Assembly (NCBI RefSeq): GCF_000025925.1
Contig: NC_014033.1
Coordinates: forward strand, 2,190,001 to 2,222,000
DNA: 32,000 nt
Source: Xylanibacter ruminicola 23
GTDB lineage: Bacteria > Bacteroidota > Bacteroidia > Bacteroidales > Bacteroidaceae
Reading direction: 5' to 3'
The notes under the pieces are model-generated. The model had not been told where the DNA came from. It was given only the letters and a program-made list of their open reading frames with translations, and did no database searches. How positions within the stretch are numbered: position 1 is the stretch's first letter; each line of letters starts with the position of its first letter. This document shows, piece after piece, positions 19,273-27,234 of this stretch. The translations under genes and the position numbers were made by a program.

Positions 19273-19497
19273 CTAGTCTTTTGGTTTACGAACTACGGCA
19301 TAAATCATCGACACGAAACCGAACAAACATACCACGGGTGCCACCTTGGTGCGACGCACACTAAAGATATCGGGTTCGAATGCGGTATCGGTAGAATTAG
19401 GACCTACCATCAGCAAAAAGCCAATCACCACGATGGCCATGCCGATTGCCAACAATATAAAGTTGGTCTTATCGAATGCAAAATTCTTCTTATCCAT
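19273..19497 (-). CDS. Small two-TM membrane protein (DUF3098-like)
   Basis: 74 aa with two hydrophobic helices. Its position between ftsX and uppP is conserved, as I recall, for DUF3098. Confidence 0.65.
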   Translation of the reverse strand: MDKKNFAFDKTNFILLAIGMAIVVIGFLLMVGPNSTDTAFEPDIFSVRRTKVAPVVCLFGFVSMIYAVVRKPKD

Positions 19498-19531
19498 ATT
19501 TCAATTTTTACATTTTCTAATTCTTACATTT

Positions 19532-20410
19532 TTAAATCTTGTACAGTTCTCCTGCCGACATACGCAGGAACTTGTTTACCGAGATATACGAGCATGCAGC
19601 GGTAATAATAATACCAAACAGCAGCACAGCCACAGCCGTAATCGTAAGCTCGCGCCAGGTAATAATGCTGATAATGTTGGGCTCGTAGTAGTAGAGCGCA
19701 TACATGCAGCCACCCAACACAGCAATGGCTATCAAGGCAGCTATCACACCCACCAACAGCGCCTGCTTCATAAACGGCTTACGGATAAAGCCCCACGAGG
19801 CACCCACCAGCTTCATCGTATGAATGATGAAACGGCGCGAGTACACACTCAGTCGTACGGTGTTGTTAATCAGCGAGAACGATACAAACGTCAACAGCAC
19901 GGCCAGCGCCAGGAGCACCAGATTAACCTTGGTAAGATTGCGGTTCACGCTGTCCATCAAGTCAACCTGATAGGCCACATCCGTAATCTTCGGATTCTTC
20001 TGCAGCTCGCGGGCAATCCACTTCAACGAGTCGCGGTTGGCATAATCCGAATGCAACTGCAGCTCAAGCGTGGCTGGGAACGGGTTTACGCCTAAGAACT
20101 CCGAAGGGTCGGAGCCCATAGCCTCGCTCTGTTCCTTCAGAGCCTGCTCTTTACTAATGTAGTCGATGTTACGCGAATAAGGACGATGATACAGGTCGCG
20201 ACACAACAGTTTTGCGCCGTTAACCGATACATCATCGCTCAGCATCACCGTCACTGTAAGGTTCTCCTTCACCCATTGTGACAGATTACGAGAGGTTTGG
20301 ACTGAAAATACCACCAGTCCAAGCAAAACCAGAACCATCGCTGTACTAATGCAAAGTGTTACCAACTGCACACCACGACGGTTGCCAGCATCTTTTTTTC
20401 GTTTTTTCAT
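19532..20410 (-). CDS. ftsX: Cell-division permease FtsX-like
   Basis: Four-TM FtsX topology with a large first periplasmic loop. The ATG at 20410 is chosen because the track start at 20446 falls inside the -7 promoter box. Confidence 0.8.
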   Translation of the reverse strand: MKKRKKDAGNRRGVQLVTLCISTAMVLVLLGLVVFSVQTSRNLSQWVKENLTVTVMLSDDVSVNGAKLLCRDLYHRPYSRNIDYISKEQALKEQSEAMGSDPSEFLGVNPFPATLELQLHSDYANRDSLKWIARELQKNPKITDVAYQVDLMDSVNRNLTKVNLVLLALAVLLTFVSFSLINNTVRLSVYSRRFIIHTMKLVGASWGFIRKPFMKQALLVGVIAALIAIAVLGGCMYALYYYEPNIISIITWRELTITAVAVLLFGIIITAACSYISVNKFLRMSAGELYKI

Positions 20411-20443
20411 TAATTTACGTACGTAAAAATTCGAATTCGGCTG

Positions 20444-20451
20444 CAAAGATA
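20444..20451 (-). promoter_or_regulatory. -7 promoter box for ftsX (TATCTTTG on minus strand)
   Basis: Exact TAnnTTTG about 34 nt upstream of the ATG at 20410. Confidence 0.55.
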
Positions 20452-20483
20452 CTATTTTTTTTCTTTATCACAAAAAAAAAGTG

Positions 20484-20491
20484 TAATTTTG
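20484..20491 (+). promoter_or_regulatory. -7 promoter box (TAATTTTG)
   Basis: TAnnTTTG only 9 nt before the ATG at 20500, which implies a very short leader. Confidence 0.45.
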
Positions 20492-20499
20492 CACCCGTT

Positions 20500-21276
20500 A
20501 TGAGTACAATTATCTATCCATCGCCCATTTTTGGGCCTGTTCACAGTCGCCGACTGGGCATTTCGCTCGGTATCAACCTGTTGCCAGCCGACGGTAAGGT
20601 GTGCAGTTTCGACTGCATTTATTGCGAGTGTGGTTTCAACGAGGACCATCGCCCCACCCTGCCCATGCCAACACGCCAGGAGGTGATTGAGAAGCTCGAG
20701 GCCAAGTTGCAGCAGATGGTGACCGATGGTCAGTTGCCAGATGTACTGACCTTTGCCGGTAATGGCGAGCCCACCTGTCATCCGCATTTTGCCGAGATTA
20801 TCGATGATGTCATCCGCCTGCGCAATCAGTATTGCCCCCAGGCCAAGGTATCGGTACTCAGCAACTCAACCATGATTCACCGTCAGCAGGTACACGACGC
20901 CCTGATGAAGGTGGATAACAACATCTTAAAACTCGATACCGTTGATCCTTTATATATTAATAAGGTAGATCATCCCAACGGCACCTACGATGTAGCCCAG
21001 ATTATCGATCGCCTAAAGGCCTTTAACGGTCATGTGATTATCCAGACCATGTTTATGCGCGGCCAGTGCCAAGGCGAGAGCGTAGATAATACCGGCGAGG
21101 AATACGTTGCCCCCTGGTTAGAAGCCGTTAAAGCCATCAAGCCCCAGCAGGTAATGATTTACACCATCGACCGCGAAACGCCCGCCCAAGGCTTAGAGAA
21201 AGCCACCCACGAGCAACTCGACACCATCCGCGACCGCGTGATCGCCACCGGCATCCCCTGCACCGCGTCGTATTGA
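20500..21276 (+). CDS. Radical SAM protein
   Basis: 258 aa from MSTIIYPSPIFGPVHSRRLG, with the CxxxCxxC cluster CSFDCIYCEC. The upstream part of the track ORF crosses the promoter region. Confidence 0.8.
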   Translation: MSTIIYPSPIFGPVHSRRLGISLGINLLPADGKVCSFDCIYCECGFNEDHRPTLPMPTRQEVIEKLEAKLQQMVTDGQLPDVLTFAGNGEPTCHPHFAEIIDDVIRLRNQYCPQAKVSVLSNSTMIHRQQVHDALMKVDNNILKLDTVDPLYINKVDHPNGTYDVAQIIDRLKAFNGHVIIQTMFMRGQCQGESVDNTGEEYVAPWLEAVKAIKPQQVMIYTIDRETPAQGLEKATHEQLDTIRDRVIATGIPCTASY

Positions 21277-21390
21277 ATCCACTTAGCCTTGATGGTCAGC
21301 CAGACTCTGACGCGTCTGATAGGAATCCCACAAATGGTCGACAATATCAATATCAAGAATACTATCATCTTGTTTTTAGGTTTAGTATAA

Positions 21391-21419
21391 GTCTGCCAAG
21401 TGACTGTCCCCTGGCAGGC
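21391..21419. repeat. 29-nt imperfect palindrome, copy A (inverted relative to B and C)
   Basis: GTCTGCCAAGTGACTGTCCCCTGGCAGGC. Its reverse complement matches copies B and C except for 3 central nt. Confidence 0.9.
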
Positions 21420-21512
21420 TCAATCTGTGCCAACTACGCCCGCAAAACTCTTTGCCAGTACCCAAAGTGGCGCAAACATCAAGAGGGGCAATATCAATTT
21501 TACCTTGTTCAT
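21420..21512 (-). pseudogene. 30-codon remnant resembling an Rhs signal peptide
   Basis: MNKVKLILPLLMFAPLWVLAKSFAGVVGTD* compares with the Rhs N-terminus MNKIKQLLGLLLFAPVCVLAQS. The stop codon directly abuts palindrome copy A. Confidence 0.4.
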
Positions 21513-21565
21513 TATATATTATGTCACTCAGGTAAAGAGAGATTGAGAGATTCTTTCCATGATTC

Positions 21566-22138
21566 CTAATAATTAAAACAATTGTTCCTACCTGTTACAA
21601 ATTTTAATCTATTAGTATCAACATAGAAACCGTATTTTTTATTTCCATATGGCATTTCGTTGGATTGTTTATAAATTGTTATCGAGTTATTGTTCTTATC
21701 CCAAAATCCAATACCTATATATACCGAATCTTCGGAAAGGGGGCGATCCAAGACTACAAATTCTCCATATTTCCCTATAATATTAGTATTGTCGTTTCTA
21801 TAACAACAAATACGATCAATGTGTATAACACTTTCAAAATTTCCTGATGATATTGTGATACAATTATCCCAGCCAAAGTCAACAGTTACTTTTCCACCTT
21901 TATATGGTATGTCTTTAAACGACATTCCTTTGGTAAGAAACAAGGCTTTTCTATATGTTTTAATACGTTCTTCATATGACAAAATAGTTTCATTAATGGT
22001 AGCATTTCCATAATCTGACTCTATCTGATCAAGTTGGCAGAATGGATAATATACAAATCGAAACCATAAGATACCAAACGCAAACAAAAACAATAACAAT
22101 GCAATTCTAAAACCACCAATATGTATTCTCATATTCAA
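21566..22138 (-). CDS. Candidate immunity protein for the Rhs toxin tip 1 (TM-anchored, no recognisable family)
   Basis: 190 aa with an N-terminal TM (FRIALLLFLFAFGILWF). It is AT-rich, and its start overlaps the Rhs 3' end by 32 nt. Confidence 0.55.
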   Translation of the reverse strand: MNMRIHIGGFRIALLLFLFAFGILWFRFVYYPFCQLDQIESDYGNATINETILSYEERIKTYRKALFLTKGMSFKDIPYKGGKVTVDFGWDNCITISSGNFESVIHIDRICCYRNDNTNIIGKYGEFVVLDRPLSEDSVYIGIGFWDKNNNSITIYKQSNEMPYGNKKYGFYVDTNRLKFVTGRNNCFNY

Positions 22139-25100
22139 AATTTTTTATTCCAGGTTTATCATTTCCATTATAATTTCCATTAATTGTTGGCTCTTTACCA
22201 TTTTTAATAGTATGCCATTCTCCTTCTTTGTATCCTTGGGGTGTATTATCCCCAATGCTAATACTAGTATCTGAAGCCACTCCGATACGTCTGTTTGGAG
22301 CGATAAATATTATGTCTTTAAATGCTTTATCTCTAGATATTTCTCGCACAACAGCACTTGAACCACATGAATAAAACACTATATGTAGGTCTTCTTTACT
22401 TATCTCACCTTTCTGGAATTTATTCCAAGTTTTGGAATTTGCAGAAAGAAAATCATTTAACTGCTTTCCATTTGAGATATAATTATGGTTCCATTCCTTG
22501 TTTTCTGTATTATAAGTTTGTATATCAATACTAGATGCAAAACGACTTTTTTCATTTTCGTATACTCCATGAGCAACAATCATAATTGAATTCTTGTCAT
22601 TATGTGCAACTAAATTTTTAGCAAGTTCTTTGAGAACCGCATTGTCTGCACAATAAGCTCCTAATCCATCGCGTACTTCTTTTCCATTTGGATCAATCAA
22701 CTTTATAGGATTATTTGCACAGTACGCATACGGACTGACATTATAATACTTTTCTGCCAATGGATCAATTCTATCCCATCTAGCGAGGATGGGGTCATGT
22801 TGTCTTGCACCATAGTCATAAGTATTCAATCCATGCATTTTGTCCAATTCCTTGCCGTTATATTTGTAGGGTTGGAAATCTGCGGCTGTAGATTCGGCAC
22901 ATGTGGCACCAAAGGGGTAGTAGTTCGTAACCTGTTGCACGGTGCCACTTGCATTTACCACTTCACGGATGTTACCCAGATGGTCTGGGGTATAATAATA
23001 GAACGTAAAGTTATCGCTCGTAGAACTTGTGGCTGATGCCTGAGCGTATCCACCATCGAACAAGTACTTATCAACCTTGCCATTCTTCATAACCAGACTT
23101 CCGCCAAGCAGATAGTCTGTTGAATCTGCCTGCAGGATTTGCGATGATGTCAGTTCTGCTGGCTTCACACCCCACGTGCGGCTGATATTTGGCTTGGCGG
23201 TATAGTGAACAGCGCGTAACTTCTGCCCCGAAGCAGTATATACATATTTGGTTACACTGCCATTCATAAAATATATCTGCTTTGGATTGTTGTTCAGGTC
23301 ATAAGTGATATAGGCTATACCGCGGCTCTTATCAGCTTGCAGCGAGCCATTGGCATTGAACTTATACCCAGAGCCGTTGGCCTTCTTGTATTCCATACCC
23401 CCGCTGGCGTTATTATCAGAGGCTGACTCAGAAACACTTGATGGCTGGTTACCAGTATAACTGATAGTGAGGTTGTCCATCAATGTACCATTACCATAGC
23501 GGGTAAGGCCGGTAATGTTGCCATTAGCATCATACGACATGGATTCACTGTACCTATTCGTATTACTACCAAGTGCATCACCCTCGCCATAGGCCCCCGA
23601 GGTCAACCTGTTGGCAGTATCATAGCTGAACTTATAACCACGCTTGGAACTTTGAGTGTTATCTTTCCAGCGGATGCTGCTGATATTGCCATTATAAAGT
23701 GTTGTGCCAGGACCGTCGGCATAGAACAGTTCTTCAGTAAAAGAACCTGTGGATATGTTCGTCAACCAGCCGCGCAAATCATAGGTATAACTGATGGCAT
23801 TTGATGAGTTTGAGCGTCCAACCGTTGACAGCCTGCCCAGGCTGTTGTGGGCATAGCTTACTGAACCATTGGCCGCTGTACCATGGTTTACTGTGAGTGT
23901 ATGGCTGCTCTGCTGGTTGTTATAGGCATTATAACCGAAACTCTCGCTCACGGTCATGTTGCTGCCATACTTTACATCGATAGTAGATGTGGATTGTGAT
24001 AGCTTGTTGGTATATGTGTAGCTGCTGGTGTTTGAGATAATCCTGCCACCGATTTCCTTGCTCTTGGAGCTGGTGATATTACCCTTGAGGTCGTACTGCA
24101 TGGCCTGCGCCAGCTCATCGCCATTGGTGGCTTTAGTAACAACACCTGTGAGCTGTGCTTTCTGCGAGACAGAAGATGAAAGCGTAAGGACTGAGAAACG
24201 GGAATTACTACTTTGGTTGCCATCGTAATAGTTGGCTATCTCAAGTTCGGCATTCGTTAACGCAGGGGTATTGCTATAGCCAGTACCAAGCACACCAGTT
24301 GAGCCAGAGCTGAATGTTGCATTCCAGACAGTAGAACTATTCAGGCAATTGGTGCACAGTCCCTGCACCACCAGACGATCGAACTTGTCGTAGATAAGAA
24401 AGCGGTATTTGTCTGCACTGCGCATCTCGGCATCACGCATACAAATCATCCTGTCGGCACCGTCGTACCAGTATTCTATATAGCCAGCCCCAGGAAGTTG
24501 CTTGTAGGTGATACGCCCCCTGTCGTCATAGCGGTATTCATAACCTGTAGCCGCAAGGTTCTTGTCCGACTGGTATTTGGGTGGCAGGACAAAACGCAGA
24601 TGGTCAAGGTTGTCATAGACATAATAGGTACAAAGACTGCCACCCACACGCTGCATGACAGTATTGCCAAACAGATTTGTGAATGTCTCCACTTCCTTGC
24701 CATCAGGGTCTTTCGTTGTTTCTTTTGTCAGGCTGTTAGCGGGATAATATCCGTCCTGCACCAGGCTATTGCCACTCACACCATAGCGGATCACCTCATT
24801 GGCTGCATTGGCTGCGTAGGCTATCGTGGCAGGACTGCTGGCATAGGCAGAACCAGGAGTGGTAACAGCAACAGGCCTGTCCAAAGCATCATACTGCGTC
24901 CGGCCATAAGGGGTATTCTCACCATAGCTGATACCTGTTGGGGTAGCATAACCTATGGACGAACCGATAGAAACAGGCGCATACTTACGTTCCTCACGTC
25001 CTAATGCATCGTATGTTATCGCTGAGTAGGACGTTTGTCCGCCGTCGCCAGTTGTACTCACTGACACAGTAGGATAGCCAAGACCGTTATAGTACTGCAC

Positions 25101-25229
25101 AGACTTCACGGTGCTACCACTCGAATTGAGCACCGTCTCTGTCTTGACATAGTTCTGGTCAGTGCTTTGCGCCAATACACAAACCGGCGCAAACAACAAG
25201 AGACCTAATAGCTGTTTTATCTTATTCAT
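22107..25229 (-). CDS. Rhs/YD-repeat polymorphic toxin, full length
   Basis: 1040 aa with signal peptide MNKIKQLLGLLLFAPVCVLAQ. It has many YD units (ITYDALGRE, YRYDDRGRI, FSYDTANRL, MSYDANGNI). The Rhs core ends at YDYGARQHDPILARWDRIDP...NNPIKLIDPNG (DPNG at 22683-22694). A 191-aa AT-rich tip follows. Confidence 0.9.
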   Translation of the reverse strand: MNKIKQLLGLLLFAPVCVLAQSTDQNYVKTETVLNSSGSTVKSVQYYNGLGYPTVSVSTTGDGGQTSYSAITYDALGREERKYAPVSIGSSIGYATPTGISYGENTPYGRTQYDALDRPVAVTTPGSAYASSPATIAYAANAANEVIRYGVSGNSLVQDGYYPANSLTKETTKDPDGKEVETFTNLFGNTVMQRVGGSLCTYYVYDNLDHLRFVLPPKYQSDKNLAATGYEYRYDDRGRITYKQLPGAGYIEYWYDGADRMICMRDAEMRSADKYRFLIYDKFDRLVVQGLCTNCLNSSTVWNATFSSGSTGVLGTGYSNTPALTNAELEIANYYDGNQSSNSRFSVLTLSSSVSQKAQLTGVVTKATNGDELAQAMQYDLKGNITSSKSKEIGGRIISNTSSYTYTNKLSQSTSTIDVKYGSNMTVSESFGYNAYNNQQSSHTLTVNHGTAANGSVSYAHNSLGRLSTVGRSNSSNAISYTYDLRGWLTNISTGSFTEELFYADGPGTTLYNGNISSIRWKDNTQSSKRGYKFSYDTANRLTSGAYGEGDALGSNTNRYSESMSYDANGNITGLTRYGNGTLMDNLTISYTGNQPSSVSESASDNNASGGMEYKKANGSGYKFNANGSLQADKSRGIAYITYDLNNNPKQIYFMNGSVTKYVYTASGQKLRAVHYTAKPNISRTWGVKPAELTSSQILQADSTDYLLGGSLVMKNGKVDKYLFDGGYAQASATSSTSDNFTFYYYTPDHLGNIREVVNASGTVQQVTNYYPFGATCAESTAADFQPYKYNGKELDKMHGLNTYDYGARQHDPILARWDRIDPLAEKYYNVSPYAYCANNPIKLIDPNGKEVRDGLGAYCADNAVLKELAKNLVAHNDKNSIMIVAHGVYENEKSRFASSIDIQTYNTENKEWNHNYISNGKQLNDFLSANSKTWNKFQKGEISKEDLHIVFYSCGSSAVVREISRDKAFKDIIFIAPNRRIGVASDTSISIGDNTPQGYKEGEWHTIKNGKEPTINGNYNGNDKPGIKNFEYENTYWWF
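22761..23318. repeat. Direct repeat R1 (Rhs core end), paired with 26412-26970
   Basis: Hand alignment gives a constant offset of about 3651-3652 nt. Most positions are identical, roughly nine in ten by eye (not computed). Confidence 0.85.
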
Positions 25230-25266
25230 CTATTACAAATAGCAATAACAAATCGTCCCCTTATAT

Positions 25267-25707
25267 TCATTGCTCAATAACATCTTCATCTATTCTTTCT
25301 CTATTATAGAAAGATACAAAATTTCCACGGCCATATATTATTATCAAAGGTTTATTTTGAGCCTTCCAGTCAATAACTGAATCTATCAAATTATAGTTAA
25401 TTTTAGGAGAAGATTTCACCTCTTTAATAATACTTGAATTTTTGGTGTATATATCTACAGATTTAAAATCCACATAATGTAATGGTATATCGGGAAAGTT
25501 TTTGTCGAAACTCATAAACTTTATATAATTGTCACCAAACTCCTTGCTATGGCTCAAATATACATAGCTTATATCTGTATAATAATTTGCTGTTACTTTT
25601 ACATACATTTTAATAGCAGGGATATAATAGATTCTGCTATGGGACGTCACATAATATTTTAAAACTAACATTATGATTGCTAAAATTATAATCACCCACT
25701 TTTTCAT
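25267..25707 (-). CDS. Candidate immunity protein for orphan toxin tip 2 (TM-anchored)
   Basis: 146 aa with an N-terminal TM (WVIIILAIIMLVLKYYV). It is AT-rich and lies 12 nt downstream of the orphan Rhs stop. Confidence 0.5.
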   Translation of the reverse strand: MKKWVIIILAIIMLVLKYYVTSHSRIYYIPAIKMYVKVTANYYTDISYVYLSHSKEFGDNYIKFMSFDKNFPDIPLHYVDFKSVDIYTKNSSIIKEVKSSPKINYNLIDSVIDWKAQNKPLIIIYGRGNFVSFYNRERIDEDVIEQ

Positions 25708-25719
25708 AACTCGTCTTTT

Positions 25720-27042
25720 TTAAGGGATTAAAAATGGATTACTACTATTAAACTTCTCTTTCACAAAAGGCATAGATTTTTTACCATATTTCCAACCATA
25801 ATATTCTGCATTTTGAGTAGATATTCCTTCTACGCCCCCTTGATATATATCAAAGCCTACTCTTGCGAGTTCCCATGTCAATCCATTTACAGCTGCTACA
25901 TATCCTGCAGCAATATTTCCAATATCACGCGCAGAAGAATATATCCTCATTCCACCCTGAGTTTTTCCAATAGGCATTCCTCTATATGGATTCACATCTT
26001 TCTTGCCTAACGTGCCATTTGTGACTTTAAAATCATATTCATGGTTTGTTCTTGCCTTATCCATATATGAAATAAGATCAGGATCTTTGAATATTTTTCC
26101 CAAAAAGATTTCCCCACTCATATCCGAAGGGTTAATTATACTATTTTCCCATTTCTTCTTATCACTATTATAAAAAGATGTCATTGTTGCAGAAACTCCG
26201 ATGGATTCTCCTCTTACCGTATAGTTTCCGTCGTCGTCTTGAGTATAAACATAGATATTACGATCCTTATCATTAATATCTCCCCCAATCACTTGATATG
26301 TACCATCTTCTAATATTTTTACTTGGGTACTTCTTCCATCTGGGTCAATTAAAACAACAGGATTATTTACACAATACACATAGGGACTAGTGCCATAGTA
26401 CTTCTCGCAAAGCGGATCGATCCTATCCCATCTTGCAAGGATGGGGTCATGTTGGCGGGCACCGTAATCGTAGGTGTTCAGACCGTGCATCTTGTCGAGC
26501 TCCTTGCCGTTGTATTTGTAGGGTTGGAAATCTGCGGCTGTAGATTCGGCATATGTAGCACCGAAGGGGTAGTAGTTCGTTATCTGCTGCACAGAGCCAC
26601 TTGCATTTACCACTTCACGGATGTTACCTAGATGGTCAGGTGTGTAATAATAGAACGTAAAATTGTCGCTCGTTGTGCTGGCAGCTGATGCCTGAGCGTA
26701 TCCACCATCGAACAAGTACTTATCAACCTTGCCATTCTTCATAACCAGACTTCCGCCAAGCAGATAGTCTGTTGAATCAGCCTGCAGGATTTGCGATGAT
26801 GTCAGCTCAGCAGGCTTCACACCCCAAGTGCAGCTGATATTTGGCTTGGCGGTGTAGTGAACAGTGCGTAGCTTCTGCCCCGAAGCACTATATACATACT
26901 TGGTTACACTGCCATTCATAAAATATATCTGCTGGGGGTTATTGTTCAGGTCGTAGGCATAACTGATGGCATTTGCCTGCCAGGGGACAGTCCCGTGGCA
27001 GACTCCATCAAAGATATATTTTACAAGATGGTACTGTTTCAT
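25720..27042 (-). CDS. 5'-truncated (orphan) Rhs C-terminal fragment with alternative toxin tip
   Basis: 440 aa. Residues ~25-236 are near-identical to the Rhs core end, up to LIDPDG (26335-26346). A distinct 204-aa tip follows. The first ~22 codons are non-Rhs and are partly encoded by palindrome copy B. Confidence 0.8.
   Translation of the reverse strand: MKQYHLVKYIFDGVCHGTVPWQANAISYAYDLNNNPQQIYFMNGSVTKYVYSASGQKLRTVHYTAKPNISCTWGVKPAELTSSQILQADSTDYLLGGSLVMKNGKVDKYLFDGGYAQASAASTTSDNFTFYYYTPDHLGNIREVVNASGSVQQITNYYPFGATYAESTAADFQPYKYNGKELDKMHGLNTYDYGARQHDPILARWDRIDPLCEKYYGTSPYVYCVNNPVVLIDPDGRSTQVKILEDGTYQVIGGDINDKDRNIYVYTQDDDGNYTVRGESIGVSATMTSFYNSDKKKWENSIINPSDMSGEIFLGKIFKDPDLISYMDKARTNHEYDFKVTNGTLGKKDVNPYRGMPIGKTQGGMRIYSSARDIGNIAAGYVAAVNGLTWELARVGFDIYQGGVEGISTQNAEYYGWKYGKKSMPFVKEKFNSSNPFLIP
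26412..26970. repeat. Direct repeat R2 (Rhs core end), paired with 22761-23318
   Basis: See R1. Homology stops abruptly at about 26970, 4 nt from palindrome copy B. Confidence 0.85.
26975..27003. repeat. 29-nt imperfect palindrome, copy B
   Basis: GCCTGCCAGGGGACAGTCCCGTGGCAGAC, identical to copy C. One flanking nt on each side also matches. Confidence 0.9.
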
Positions 27043-27087
27043 AATTTGGTATTTTAAGTTATTGTGGCGTTATAAAAACATCCGATG

Positions 27088-27095
27088 CAAAAATA
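27088..27095 (-). promoter_or_regulatory. Possible -7 promoter box for the Rhs operon (TATTTTTG on minus strand)
   Basis: TAnnTTTG match about 46 nt upstream of the ATG at 27042, in the AT-rich spacer between palindrome copies B and C. Confidence 0.35.
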
Positions 27096-27167
27096 TAAAA
27101 AGCAAATTTAAATACGACGTATTTAACAAAGAATAACGAAACTTTAATTTTTTATAGCACACATCAT

Positions 27168-27196
27168 GCCTGCCAGGGGACAGTCCCGTGGCAGAC
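27168..27196. repeat. 29-nt imperfect palindrome, copy C
   Basis: GCCTGCCAGGGGACAGTCCCGTGGCAGAC. Arms CTGCCA/TGGCAG and GGGAC/GTCCC can pair. Confidence 0.9.
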
Positions 27197-27234
27197 TTAA
27201 AGCTGTTAGTCGGGGGAATAGTTGATATCTTGGC

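Noticed and set aside
21159-21368. 69-aa minus-strand ORF with a TM-like start
   Set aside because: Two thirds of it is antisense to the radical SAM 3' end. It is kept only as a possible scar (see findings), not called as a gene.
21273-21569. 98-aa plus-strand ORF after the radical SAM gene
   Set aside because: It crosses palindrome copy A and the Rhs signal-peptide remnant in antisense. It has no promoter box and no recognisable protein features.
21391-27196. Interpreting palindrome copies A/C as boundaries of an invertible (shufflon-type) segment
   Set aside because: It is not called as a feature. No recombinase is present in the window, inversion would not obviously fuse any coding segments, and a single assembly gives no evidence of two orientations. 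It is kept only as a hypothesis to test.
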